Source: Tubiluchus corallicola (Eukaryota; Animalia; Priapulida). From it: 64,000 nt of DNA. Of this stretch, positions 25,560 to 38,209 are shown in pieces. The notes under the pieces are model-generated. The model was not told where the DNA came from. It saw only the letters and a list, made by a program, of their open reading frames with translations, and did no database searches. A program made the translations under genes and the position numbers. The stretch spans positions 62,001-126,000 of the forward strand of contig JAQGDQ010000018.1 of NCBI GenBank assembly GCA_030141605.1, read 5' to 3'. Within the stretch, counting starts at the first letter, position 1. Every line of letters begins with the position of its first letter.

Positions 25560-27660
25560 TTTCAGGCAAAATGTTACCTTTCTAGTTAGTATTTTACAAA
25601 CCTCAATAAGATCTCCATGGTATCTTCTTCATTAAAGTGTGTTCAAACTGCAATACTTCAAAAATGTCAGATTTTTACAACCGAATATTATTCTTGCTGC
25701 CTTTGTACACCTTCCATAAGCAATATGTCTTTCTGATAATCGGGATTACAAAGCTGCACAAAGAATTCTAGATAAGGTCTAACCAAACCAATGTATAATT
25801 TCTTCATTTCTAGAAACTATGCGCCTCTTTATCATCCCAAGATTTTGTTCATTTCTTAACAGAGGATACGCATTGCTGGGAAAATTTCAGTCTGATGTGT
25901 TACTATCACACCAAAATCATTTTTACTATTTGTACTTTGAAGAGCTGTTCCATTCATACCGTAATCACTTTTAAGACTCCCAAAATCGCAGTGTACACCT
26001 CACATTTATCAGCATTAAATAACATTTGCCAATCATTACTCCACCTACATAGTTGTTCAATATCATGCTGTAAAACTAATGAATCTGCTACATAGTTAAT
26101 TGGGTTATACCATTTTGCATCATCTGCAAATTTTAAAATATGAGTGGAAATATCATTATCTATATCTGTGTTTTCTTCCAAACAACCATCTTCAATACAG
26201 CTGACGATATGTCCAAAAACAGCACGGGTTTTAATCTTTTTAAGCAATCTTCAATGAAGCAGTTCATCAAAAGCCTTGGCAAAATCAAATAAAAGATATC
26301 AACAGGACTTCCTAGATCAAGCACAGAAGTAACATCATCAAAAAACTTACTAGGTTGGTCAAACATGAACGGGCTTTAGTGAATCCATGTTAGGAGTCAA
26401 ATAATAATTTATTCTTTTCTAAATGATCAATGATATAATTTCGCGAAATAGATTCAATGACTTTACATACTATGAAGTTAAAGAAATAGGCCAAAGAATA
26501 GGAAATAGAAAAATGATATGAGGCTCAGGAATCAACATCTTCTTTAGTTGCTGATGTTGATACAGATACAAAAATGTATTAAAAATCTCTACCACAGATT
26601 CTGGATCAGAAGTAAGACGCCCATTACTATCTTTTAAATGGACATGTAGCATCTTCAACTAACTTTTTGCTGTTAACATATTTGTAAAAAGACTTTGTAT
26701 CCCATTTAATATTATTTGCTAGATTCATTTCAAACCTACCAACAGCATTACGTACAAGAGACTTAACTACAGATTCAGAATTCATATATTTATTAAATGC
26801 TGGAAGACAACGAGTATCCCAGTATTCCGTCGACAACTTTCTTTTGCACCTAATTGTTTTAACAACTCTTGTAGATACTCATAGCTTCTTAGGTTTGAAT
26901 TTTCTTTTTGTTTTAAATGGCACATTAACTAGAATACACTTATTTATATATGCCTCAATATTACTCTAGGTTTCCTCGGTAGCCATGTCAACACATTGAA
27001 ATCGATTGACTTTATCGAAAAAACTTTTCTCGACACGAAGATTTGCTCTTCACTAGTCAGGAATTAAAAGCGAAGAACTATTGTACTCCGTAGCAAGAGT
27101 AATTTGAAAACTAAGAAGAACATCACTACTACCAAGCTTACCAGCATCCTGAATATTACTAATAATATTCTCATCTGTTGAGAAAATCAAATACGTTTTT
27201 ATCACGTGTAGGAGAATTTACATGTTGAGTAAAGAAACAATCTAATATAGCATTCAGAAAATCAGTAGGTGATTTAGAACAAGCTGTCAAAAATTCCCAA
27301 CTAATATCAGGATAATTGAAATCTCCAAAAATAATATATTCCTTAGAATCAAGATTCCTAAAATTATTAAAGAGCATAGAAACATTTACGTCACTAGGAT
27401 GAATTTCAACTCATACAGAATTAGCAAAGTTTTCAGCTTCAGTAGGAAATATCTGCCTTGCTAGAAGTTCAGTACTCACATATAACACAAAGCCAACACC
27501 CATACCATCCAAAGAATCAAGCAGATATTGGTGAAAAGGATTATGAAAACTTGATAGACAAAATTCAGACAAATCCATCTTTTAGTTGAACCAAGACTCA
27601 GTTATATCCAAAATGCTAACAACCAGCTCATGAAAGCTATTTAGCTCATAAGCAAGTAAT
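25560..27660 (-). mobile_element. CR1-clade LINE, decayed
   Basis: ITESWFN, GDFNYPDISW, TQHVNSPTR, KSFYKYVNSK, HGFTKARS, KFADDAK, LCRWSNDWQMLFNADKC and GDLIEVCKIL, in order, with many stops and frameshifts. Confidence 0.88.
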
Positions 27661-27988
27661 CGTATTTACAAAATATACAGAATTAGATTTCACAGACTGA
27701 TGTCACAGACCTAAGCCAATAAAAGATTTAATATATGACAGCTTAGGAGAAATATCACCCAACACACTATGTTTCTTTGCCTCAACAGACTGCACAGGTG
27801 AAAGTTCAGAGCTAGAAATGTGTGGTCTCTTTACCTTACTAGATTCAACTGAGACTCTTAAGCTCAGTAGAGCTATGTGGCAAATTCACAGTATCTTGCA
27901 AGTCTTCACTTGTTACAGAAATAAACAAACCACTATTACCAACTTCCCTCATAGTCATGACATAAGTCATATTAGGACGAACTACATA

Positions 27989-28431
27989 CCGTATATACTC
28001 GCATATAAGCCTACATCGCATATAAGCCCACCCCCTAAAACTGCTTTAAAATGGCCAGTTTTTGCAAAAACCCGTATATAAGCCGACCATCAACTTGTCT
28101 AATTTTACTCCATACCCAATCAACAAAATTGATCCCTTTTTGTCACATTTTGTTAATTGGATATTTTTGGTTCATAGAAATTTTTTACTATAAAGATGTA
28201 AAATGCTTACTTTTATGTTACATACTAGATCCCCCACGATCCCCCTCCAATACACCACTGGTGACACACAACCAAATAAAGAGTCAGATAGCGATGAAAA
28301 TGTGTGGCTGGCAAATTGGCATTAGTGTCTGTCCTTGTGTTCATTTTGTTTCATGCGCATATAAGTCGACCCACTGATTTCAGTATTGTATTTTATAGTT
28401 CTAAATTCGGCTTATATGCGAGTATATACGG
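27989..28431. mobile_element. Tc1/mariner-type MITE with perfect TIRs
   Basis: Perfect 23-bp TIR CCGTATATACTCGCATATAAGCC, TA target duplication and internal ATATAAGCC subrepeats. Confidence 0.92.
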
Positions 28432-28493
28432 TAGTTACGTTTTGAAATACCAATAACCAGAATGTTTTCCATTAGATATTTTAACAAATTCAC

Positions 28494-28900
28494 CTTTATA
28501 AAAGTCTTTACTTCAGTTCCTTAACAAGCTTAATATTCTCCTGGCATTCCTGTCACGTTAGATCAGGATTAATGAATACCCCTTCGCAATTTTCCGTTAC
28601 GAAGATTTTTAGCATCTTTCAAAACCTCCTATTTTTGCCCCGGAAGCAAAATAAACTGCAAAAATATTAAAAAAACCACAAAGTTTCTGTATTTTTATTT
28701 GCGATGCCAACTATGTCAAGATTATTTTTTAATCAAAATTTATGACAGAGGGGTGGTAAATTTCCGCAAATTCAGCAATCAGCTTCGCACTTACACTGCT
28801 CAGGCTATCAGACTTGATGTGATCGTGCAAAACAATCAATAATATGAATTTCGTTATTGTCTGCGACTACGTCACTAAATTAAATGAGTATAGTCTCTTT
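28494..28900 (-). promoter_or_regulatory. Candidate promoter and non-coding first exon of the ZDHHC23-like gene
   Basis: Minus-strand donor AAG|GTGAAT at ~28493, an ETS-like CCGGAAG at ~28640, a CRE-like TACGTCA at ~28868 and local CpG retention. The link to ZDHHC23 is inference. Confidence 0.3.
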
Positions 28901-29839
28901 TCGAAAAAAATTATTACTAGGGCGTATAACCTGCTCAAAAGCTTGAAGGGAGCCCAGTTTGAATATAATCATAAATAATAATGCATGTGTATGCACGATA
29001 TCTTATTTTCACTGAAATTTCTGTGAACATCTAAAAAAAATTTATGATGTCAGTCAAAAAGTGAAGTTTAGAATTTTATTACGTAGTCCATAGATTTCCA
29101 TAAATCAACAGGGCAAAGCCTATGTGTAGGCCTCTTGCCCATAGCTTTCTCTCTCTCCTTATCTCTCTGTTAATCATTTTCTCTCTCGTTTTCTCTCTTG
29201 CATTTAATATTTTTTCTCTTTAAGTTGTGTCTCTGGTGAACTAATGGCAGTTATTCTAGTTATCTAGCGTACATTATGGTGACGAAGAAAGGTAAGTGGT
29301 GAATAAATGGAAAGGTCAGTTAAGTATATTTAGTTAAGTAGGAACATTTCAAATAGTAGCTAGTGGCAGACGGGTTGCATTAGAGTCCACTCGGGCTAGA
29401 ATGGATTGTGGAACTTAATTCACTGGATCGTCTTCCCGGTACCAATTTCCTCTTGAATTGATCTGCTTAGTTATTATATATCTCGTGCTCTATATCGATG
29501 AAGTGAGGGAATTGCAGTCATTTGTCACTTTGAATCTATTCTTATTTCTACATCGTGTCCATACTCCATACAATGCCCTTTGAATACCTCAAGTAGGTGC
29601 AAACAGCCTTGAGTTTTTTTTTCTAAAGGGATATGTATTCTGTAATCTGAAAGCACATGACAGGCTCCAGAGAACAACTTACATGGACCTATTACTGTGG
29701 GTTTTAAGTTACAACAATGCAATGTGGAAAACACCAGTTAAAGTTGTAAGGGAATAACGATAGATATAGACACTGTATAACCATCACATGTCTATGTGAT
29801 GTCTATGTCTGCCTCTATCATTGACGAGTATTGACTATA

Positions 29840-30157
29840 CGAGTTAGAACAATTTTAGTTTTTTTAGTTCGAATTTCATTCGGACCTAAAATTCGAACCT
29901 TCAACTACAAACATTCTTTATCATTAGATTGTACGTTTAAAATATGTCATGCATTCAACACAATTTAGCCGCGATTGAATTTTTTTCACAATTTTAGACG
30001 ATAGATTACTATAATTAGTGTTTTACTGAATAAAATCAAGTAATATGCTTGATCTTTTTTGTAAGAGTGCCTTTTAACAATTAATGATTCGAAAATTTAT
30101 TCCAAAATGTTTGACTGAATTCGGATTTGATTTGAATTCAAAATTTGCACCAGTCTA
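29840..30157. mobile_element. Partial copy of the TTCGAA-rich MITE family
   Basis: Colinear similarity to 42973-43364 (TTTTTTAGTTCGAATT, CTTTATCATTA, AACACAATTTAGC, AAATCAAGTA). Confidence 0.65.
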
Positions 30158-30229
30158 TATTTACCATTGTGCGGACTTTTGCATTATCAGCCGCAATTTA
30201 GAAACATTTAGTCCTCAAGTTAAGAACAA

Positions 30230-30850
30230 CTAAGATGGAAGAATACAATATTTGAAGAGGAGGTAATGATTCGTGGAAAAGATATCAATACTGTGGGCGC
30301 TTGTTAGACACCAATGCTGAGATACAAAGAAGAAAAATTCTTGCATTGTCTGCTTATTCAAATCTCACAAACACTTTTTTAAAACAATAGATTGCATGTC
30401 TCTTGAAACCCAAGTCCGGGATCTGTTCAACTTTCAAACCTGTGTTTTTGTACAATGTTGAGCTATGGACAATAAAAGTTTAACAGCAGAATGAAATTGA
30501 CGCCTTTCAAAGATGTCTCTATAGAAATTACTGGGAGTTAAAAGGCCTGCCAGTTATTCTATCCAATGATGATCTGTATGAAGTAATTGAGAAAAATCCT
30601 TTGAGTAAACAAATACAGATTGCATTGGATTGGAACACTGAGCTAGGTTACTTCAAGAGTCTTTCTATAGCATTATGTAAAGCTCTCGAGCGACAAAAAA
30701 GCCGAGAGGAGCCAGCTACTGACATATATAGATATACTGCTAAAATATTTAGCAAACACAACTCTAGATTTGTGAGTGGTGGCGGTGGACAGGAATGCTT
30801 GGCATCAACATGTGGAACGTACCATGTTTTAGAATGTAGCAGCACCTGTA
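30230..30850 (+). mobile_element. RTE LINE 3' fragment
   Basis: Decayed translation YCGRLLDTNAEIQRRKILA...PVFLYNVELWT...NEIDAFQR...SNDDLYE, typical of the RTE thumb region. Confidence 0.65.
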
Positions 30851-31199
30851 AGTCTGTATATACATTGTTTATATGTATAAATTTCTAACTGCGTTTTAAT
30901 ATTAATTCTACTCACAAGTGTTTATATATATATATAAATGTGTGCGCTCACCCATATTAACAAGGGGTTTCGTAAGTCGATTTTCGTAAATGAGTATTTG
31001 GTGTAGCTCTGTGACAGTCAGTTTTCAAATTATTTTAAAATTACTGTGATATTAATTTTGCTGAAATCTGCTTGCCCCAATTTTCTGTGTTTTGTCCATC
31101 TGATTTATTATAGCAATATACATATCGAAAAAAGAAAAGTGTATAATAACCACCAAATTAAATTTGGGGCTTGATTAAATCAAGGCCAGAATAATCTTG

Positions 31200-31530
31200 A
31201 AAATAAGATGGTCATTATACCAATTCAAATGAGCTGCTGTATAATAGAACAAAAGAGGAACTTTGGAGCACTATTTTAGAAACAGAAGGATAAGATGGGT
31301 AGGACATAGATTGCTAGATGCATCACCAATAAGATTAGCACTATAAACAAGGCAAATCAAAAACAACTTGCTTATCTAAAATTAATAAATATTTACAACA
31401 GCTGTGAGCAGTAGCGTCACAGGAGTTAAATATTTTAGCTGCAGACAGGAAACAGTGGCGAGATCTAATAAAGAGTGGAGGCTCAATTTCTACGATAGAC
31501 GTTTAGGGCAAAAGAAGAAGAAAAAGAAGA
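31200..31530 (+). mobile_element. RTE LINE 3' end fragment
   Basis: RIRWVGH...SPIRLAL...GKSKTTCLSKINK...LAADRKQWRDLI followed by a (GAA)n tail; parallels the 3' end of the 22585-25195 element. Confidence 0.65.
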
Positions 31531-31800
31531 GGTAACGCGCGAATCGCGAAAATTGCTCGGTATTTGCAAAAACTTTATAATTATAACGTTGTCGTTACTT
31601 GTGTTTAATAGTTTTGAAGGAATATTTGTTTTAAAGAATTCTGCCTGTCAAATGTCTGTAATAGACATGCGGACATTTAACTTGCTTGCACCCGTGATTT
31701 GTGATTCACTAACATTCTTATTCTGAGAACCACATGGCAAACTTCTGCACTTGTACTGTGACATACTGTGCTGTACACTACTTGTTTCCGGAACTCGGAA
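31531..31800 (+). promoter_or_regulatory. Candidate CENP-S promoter with an E2F-like site
   Basis: CGCGCGAATCGCGAAAA (TTTTCGCG on the minus strand) at 31536-31552 and TTCCGGAA at ~31787. The assignment to CENP-S is inference. Confidence 0.3.
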
Positions 31801-32138
31801 TAATTACAATATAATATATATTATACTATAGTACAAAGTTAATGTTGTAGGTAACTTCTTAAACTTTTAAGCCTAACTTGTAGCCTACATTACCTTTTGC
31901 ATACTGCACACAAATTATAAGTAAAACATGAAGCAGCTTCACATACATATGCGCAATAAGTTCAGTACTAGTAAGTTTGGTACGTGGAAGTTTTGGTACT
32001 AGGAATTTTTGATACTGGGAAAATTTGGTACAGAGAAAATATGATACTGATAAATATGGCACTAACGAAGTTTTGTCAGGTATTTTTGGTACAAGTAAAT
32101 ATTGTACAAGGTAAAAATGGTACAGAACAAGTTTGGTA

Positions 32139-33121
32139 CAGTAGGCACCGCTTAATAGACTCACGGTTAATAGACTCAATCGCTTAATTGGTTCAAAAAT
32201 ACCTGGAATGAGCCACTTCTAGTCAAATATACATAAAAACCAGTGGTATTTGCCTCAAATAACTCTGCATAATTGACTCAATATTTTTCTTTCACCTACT
32301 TAAAATAAGATATTTGTATGTGCAAAAGAGGCTTTTAGGCATCTACTTTTATGTCATCTTTACTTCCCTTTTGGGCACAATGTATGCAGAAAGAATCATG
32401 TTAAGTACAGTTTTGTTTATAAGCAGGTACGTTTATCATGCACTAATACGCTAGCGTAGCGGTTTTGCTTTGAATCTGTTACCCACTTGTCCACTGCAAT
32501 TAACCTCGTTACACAAGAATTTCTGGAAGCTAAATATTTAGTCACTTGCCTAGCGGTTTCATTTTGATGCTCTCGTTGCAAATCACGCTTTCAGCCTTAA
32601 TGATTTAACAGTCAAAGATTCAGGTAGAGTAATCAGCCGGTATTCCTTGTGACGTACAAGAACATCGTACTTTCAAATAAGGGCAATATAAGTGAGCAAA
32701 TGATTTAGAACTGTTTCAGTCACACACAACAACAGATTTTCAACGTTTTTATAATTAGAACTTTGTGGGCCAACTTCTTTGCTAGAAAATGAAAGCAGCT
32801 GACTTTGAAGGAATTTTTGTAATTTTTGCAAATAAACAGACTTAGAAAAGTCTGTAATTTAGAAAAGCATACTTCTTAATTTATTGCTAATTCACTTATA
32901 TAAATTAATATTTTAAAATATTTTTTCTAATTTTTTAACTGCACAAAGGAATTTAGGCATTACTTCTTGTCTAAAATTCATTAAAAACCTTTGCAATGCA
33001 TAATAAGCTGATGATTCATACTTCTATACCTGTAATACTACACCCATTGGTAAATAGGTTCAGTTGGTTAATTTTGTCCTCACATTGGTCCCATAGTGAG
33101 TCTATTAAGCGGCACCTACTG
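32139..33121 (+). mobile_element. ~1-kb pogo/Tigger-like MITE, copy A
   Basis: TA|CAGTAGGCACCGCTTAATAGACTCAC ... GTGAGTCTATTAAGCGGCACCTACTG|TA. Confidence 0.9.
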
Positions 33122-33259
33122 TATTAGGAAAGTTTAGTACTCGAAAAGTTTGGCACTAGGAAAATTCGGTACAGAGAAAGTTTGGTACAGGGAAAGTTTG
33201 GAAAATATGTTTTATATAACCTTTGAATGAACAAGTTATAGATGCTCATATTGTTGCAT

Positions 33260-33705
33260 TTTTTTATTTGTTTTTTGGTCGCTTCCTTGTTTGTTTGTCT
33301 GTCTGTTGTTTGTTAATTGTCAGTTTGTCTGTTTCTTGCTTGCTCTTTTGTTGTGATTACTGCCACCACCACTAGCACCACCATCATCACCATCATTGCT
33401 GTCACCATTGTTACTGTTGTCATTTTGTTGCAGTTTTATTGTTGTTTTATTATTGTCGATGTCATTGTTGTTGCTGCTGCTGCTGTTGTTGCTATTGTTT
33501 TTGTTAACTACTGATGTTGTAGTTATTCTTGTACGTTAGTTCAGTATGTGCATTGTGTCAGGATTTTCCATTAAATGAGAACTGATCTGAATCAATGTTA
33601 CCACCATGACTGTCACAATAACCATCATTGTCAATGTTTTCGCTATCATTATTATCATCATCATCACACCATTGTCATCATCTTCACCACCATCATCATC
33701 AAAAT
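33260..33705. repeat. Compound simple repeats (TTG/GCT/CAC/CAT)
   Basis: Visible trinucleotide and TTTG runs. They account for the low-complexity ORFs 33317-33905. Confidence 0.85.
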
Positions 33706-34092
33706 CAAGAAGTACAGGTCTCACTCCATACTGTGGGCCTCATGGGAAATCAAACTACGATTATGCAGGACGTTTCTGTCCAGTGATATCATTAGCTATC
33801 AGTGCCATGTTCTTATCTCAGTTTGATAATTTTGTAAAAAAAAACACAGAAAGTGATCATTTTTCCCCGAAAAAACACATTGACCATTTTAATAGACTTT
33901 CCTAGTACCATATATCCTCCCTGTTGAATAAACTTCTTTATTTTCTAGTTAAAACAATTATTTTATACTGAAATAGAGAAATGCTGTCTTTCGTTTAGTA
34001 CCAAATTTTGCAGCTCCAAGTTTTCCTCATACATTATTTTCGTAATATCAAAACTTCCTTGTACTAAACAGTTTGAGATAGCTGCTTAGGGC

Positions 34093-34566
34093 AGTGGCGT
34101 AGCTAGAGTTTTTGGCTTTCAAGTGCTGTTACCCATGAAAAATACAACAGCAACATCCACAGGATTTAGATTCGTAAAACTTAGCTGTGTTGTACTGCAG
34201 GTGTGATAAGCTGTGATGATAAACTGATAAAATAATAAAGCACTACTGGAAAAATTGTTTGTGAAGAAATTATTTCTCTCTGCATGCTTCGAGTGGTGTG
34301 GTAGATCCACTCATATGATTCTTAAATCCTAACTCGGGGGGGAAAACATGATCATAAATATGCTTTGGAGTTACCTGATGACATGTACTGCACAGACATT
34401 TTGAAAACTATATAAACATTACAAAGATATTAAATTACTAAAGAATTTTTTTGTCGCAAACTTTTGGCAGAAGGTGCTGTGTTCTGACAGAATAAACTTT
34501 TTCCGTGCACTTCATTACAAGAAAGTGCCACGCTGGGTGTACTGCCCTTCTTGCTTAGCTATATTG
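34093..34566. mobile_element. Degenerate hAT-like MITE
   Basis: Left end CAGTGGCGTAGCTAG; eroded right end CTTAGCTATATTG. Confidence 0.35.
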
Positions 34567-36519
34567 TTCTAAAATACAAAATGGTATTTTATTGTTATCA
34601 CACAACAAGACACCCTCCAAAAGTCCACAAATTTCACCACGAGTAAACTGTCGCTTTTACTGTTTTTTAAACTCCAGTTGACGATTTATTCATGTGAATT
34701 CACTGAATGAGTCGCAGAAAGTGCCACCCAATGTGCTAATTAATAAAATTGTATGCTGATTTCTGACTCTCCTATCTAATTTGAGAGTAATAAAATTTAT
34801 GCTCATCCACTGTGCATAAAAATCAGCTCATGTGCCAATTTCTGATTTGCCACTGATCTCTGGCTGCTAATTTCAAAATTAGGATAGGTGGATAAATAAT
34901 TTAATTGAAAAGCAAGTTGCTGATTACAACCGAATAATTTGCATTGTACAAGAACTAAAAAAGACGATTAAAGCTTTCTTAATACCCTTAAAAGATACCC
35001 TCAAAATGTCTGGCACCTAAGAGACTGATAGCCATGGGATTGAGGTTCCTTCGCAAGAAGTAATGCTAACCAGTCAATCAGCATCTGAAGCTAGGTGCAT
35101 TCTACAATACTATGCTGTATGGCACGTTCCCAAGTAAAATCACTTATAGATCGTTGATGAAACGTATGCTTAGTTGATTGTTCTGCATTTTTATAAAATG
35201 ATTGCATATTATGGATTAGTATTGCATCTGCTTATTTTTGAAGCTGTGTACGTATGTAAGTGTATGTGTGCGTGCATGCGTGCATGTGCACTCGTATGTG
35301 TGTGCATGTGTAGCAATAAAACTGATATTTAATTTTAGTACTCAATAATGAGCAACTATTTCAACTATTTGTTTATTTACACGATTCTGTTTGAGTAACA
35401 CACCACAAGAAGTTATTGTCAAATGTGTAAAAGTCAATATGTCTCAGTTCAAAAGCAACTGTGTAGTGAAAGGGTTAATATCCGTATTATTTATTTGACA
35501 TGCTTGACGTGTCAGGGGTATTTAAAGCTTGAATGCACATATCATACTACATTTAGTAGTAATTAGTAGTAATGTTAGCAGGTGGTTGATAACCACAAAT
35601 TTACCTTTGGGGAATATGAAAATGTAGATCTTTTTCACCTGATGCACTAAGCACTTTAATGTACGGTGTAACCTTACAAGGAGAACATACATGCATAACA
35701 GCTTTTCTAAGCAATAAACCTTGGTCTTCAATACTAAGTTTGTAAATGCAGTTGATTTTCATGTAATAATATTTATATTCTCTGTTACAAGTAAAATGAC
35801 ACAAAAGATGCCACTACTCAAACTTTAGCAAAACATTGCCTAACGTTTTAGTCAAGCCTCTCATTTATTGACTTACACCTTCACACCACTGATCATGTTG
35901 ACAGCTTCACTGAGAGTATTAATTTATAAATATGCTATTTGTGTTATAAAGCATTTTGTTTTTTTCGAATTCTTGTTAATTGAAACTGAAGTTTGAGTCC
36001 CAAAGATCCGAAGCCGAGTGCTCGATTGAGTACATGTATTAATAAAATATAATTAGTTAATTAATTAATTTCTGTATATGGTTATGAAGTTATTTCAAGG
36101 CAGAAGGTTTAAAGTTTAAATTTTGGTGCTCCAGATTGAAATCTTGGCAGAGGAGCAGAGCAACATTTTTTTCACAGAGTACAGCATAGCTAAAACATTC
36201 TCTTTGGAGTAGAAAATGCAACCAAGTAAACCCACCTACATTAAATAGTTAATTAAAGTAATTACATTTCATTAATATTTGAAATGGCAGAGGAAAAATG
36301 GAAAAAATTATAAATGCTGGCTTAATTGTTTTGAAATATTAAGTAGTCTAAATACAATGCAGTCATTAGAACTAATATGAGCATAACTTGCATGTACCAC
36401 TTTGACCTAAATCATTGTGCTTGAAACAAGATTCTATTGGTAACTGTCATAACCTCCATAAAATTAATGTTACCATATATGTACAGGTACAGTAGTTGTT
36501 TAGGCCAAGATTTTAAATA

Positions 36520-37526
36520 TAGGAGGCACCGCTTAATAGACTTATTTTGGGACCGAAGTGTTTTGACCCAATTAACCGATTGAACCTATTAACCAATGCG
36601 TGTAGTATTACTGGTATAGAAGTATGAGTCACCAGCTTACTATGCACTGCAAAGGTTTTTAATAAATTTTAGAAACGAAGTAATGCCTAAATTCCTTTGT
36701 GCATTTAAAAATTAAAAAAAATATATTGTAAAGTATTAATTTATATAAGTGAATTAGCAATAAATTAAAAAGTGTACTTTTCTAAATCACACAAGTCTGT
36801 TTATTTGCAATAATTACAAAAATTCCTTTGAAGTCAGCTGCTTCATTTTGTCGCAAAGAACTTGGCTCACAAAGTTTTCATAATGATAAAAATGTTGAAA
36901 ATCTGTTGTTGTATGAGGCAATAAATTCTCGTAAAATGCTTAGTGCTTGGCGTGCTTAAACTGTTGATGGAGCCCGTGTTTTCCCCACAAGTAGCTTCGT
37001 TTGTAGTTTCGCCTAAGTTCCCGCTTGCTATAATTGTGACATATTGTACTGTACGTGCGTCCCAGGCATAACAGCAACATCTACCTGATTAAACTTTCTG
37101 GCAAAGACTGCCAGAGTTTCAAAAGCAAACTGCTAAGCAAGTGATTAAATGTTTAACTTCCAGGAATTCTTGGGTAACGAGGTTAATTGCAGTGGACGGG
37201 CGGGTCAAAGGAAACCTTTAGGCTAGCATATTAGCATATGATAAACGTTTCTGCTTACAAACAAAATGGTACTCAATATAATTGTTTTGATGTGTATTAT
37301 AGGAGAAAAGTGAACTGAGATGATATAAAAGTCATAAAAGCTTATTAGCACGAAAGTATCTTATTGAAGCTTGTGAAGTAAAGATATTGAGTCAATTATG
37401 CAGAGTTATTTGAGTCAATTACTGACAGTTTTTATGTACATTAGAATAGAAGCGGCCCGTACCAGGCATTTTTGAGAAAATTAAGTAGTTGAGTCTTAAT
37501 TGGTCTTTGTTAAGCGGCGCCTACTG
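36520..37526 (-). mobile_element. ~1-kb pogo/Tigger-like MITE, copy B (inverted relative to copy A)
   Basis: Ends TAGGAGGCACCGCTTAATAGAC and TTAAGCGGCGCCTACTG. The body is the reverse complement of 32139-33121 over most of its length. Confidence 0.88.
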
Positions 37527-37550
37527 CATTATATAATTTTTTTGCAGAAA

Positions 37551-37967
37551 ATGGATGATCATAGTGATGATAAACATCATCAACTGGAGCACCAACAAAG
37601 ACTGAAAGCAGCTATCCATTACTCCGTCGGATCTATTTGTTCGGAGCTTGCGAAGGAATATAGTGTTAAAATTTCTAGACAGTTTATTGCTACATTAGCA
37701 GAAGCTACATTTAAACAGGCGCAGCGATATGGTGCGGACCTAGAAATGTTTGCAAACCATGCAAAACGGTCAATTATAAAACCGGATGATGTAAAAATTC
37801 TTGTACGCAAAAGTTCGACATTACTAGACCATCTAGAACAGATGAGCAGAAATCAGCAAATGCAGCATGAAGTTGGTAAACAGAAGAGGAAAGAAAAGAA
37901 AGAAAAACAGCCGTCTTCTAAGAGCAAAAGGCCAAGAAATTTTAATGAACAATCAAATGATGTTTAG
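37551..37967 (+). CDS. CENPS: Centromere protein S / MHF1 / APITD1 (138 aa, single coding exon)
   Basis: QRLKAAIHYSVGSIC...ISRQFIATLAEATFKQ...DLEMFANHAKRSIIKPDDVKILVRKS is the CENP-S histone fold, followed by a basic tail. Acceptor TTTTTTTGCAG at 37547, AAAATGG start context, ATTAAA at 38081. Confidence 0.95.
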   Translation: MDDHSDDKHHQLEHQQRLKAAIHYSVGSICSELAKEYSVKISRQFIATLAEATFKQAQRYGADLEMFANHAKRSIIKPDDVKILVRKSSTLLDHLEQMSRNQQMQHEVGKQKRKEKKEKQPSSKSKRPRNFNEQSNDV

Positions 37968-38209
37968 TAGCTCTAGGTTTTCATTAATTGTTGCATACCA
38001 TGAAATGGTTGTATGCAGTTACTTGTGAGTGATTATGGGCTTTGCTTTATAGCTCTACTTTCTTTAATATCAGTGTTATGATTAAACTGTTTTTAAGTTT
38101 CACAAAAAATTATATCCAGAAACTTCATTTATAAAAAAAGTAAATCAAACATGGACTCTGCCTTTGGACTGAAAGCTTTTTCTTGGTTAATTTTTTATAA
38201 CAGGCATTT

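Larger units (their letters stand above)
31960..34070. mobile_element. Foldback-like element with inverted ~16-nt minisatellite ends
   Basis: AARTTTGGTACWRG units at 31960-32138 and 33122-33205; reverse-complement units at 33896-34070; the core consists of simple repeats. Confidence 0.5.

Noticed and set aside
29350-29430. tRNA- or SINE-like A/B boxes
   Set aside because: No cloverleaf and a poor B box.
31960-33205. Regularly spaced short repeats suggesting a CRISPR array
   Set aside because: The units are degenerate and head-to-tail with no unique spacers, there are no cas genes, and the context is eukaryotic.
33317-33905. Hydrophobic and His-rich ORFs
   Set aside because: They are translations of trinucleotide simple repeats.
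37500-37550. N-terminal extension MVFVKRRLLHYIIFLQK of the CENP-S ORF in the track
   Set aside because: It is MITE TIR plus intron acceptor sequence; the real start is ATG 37551.
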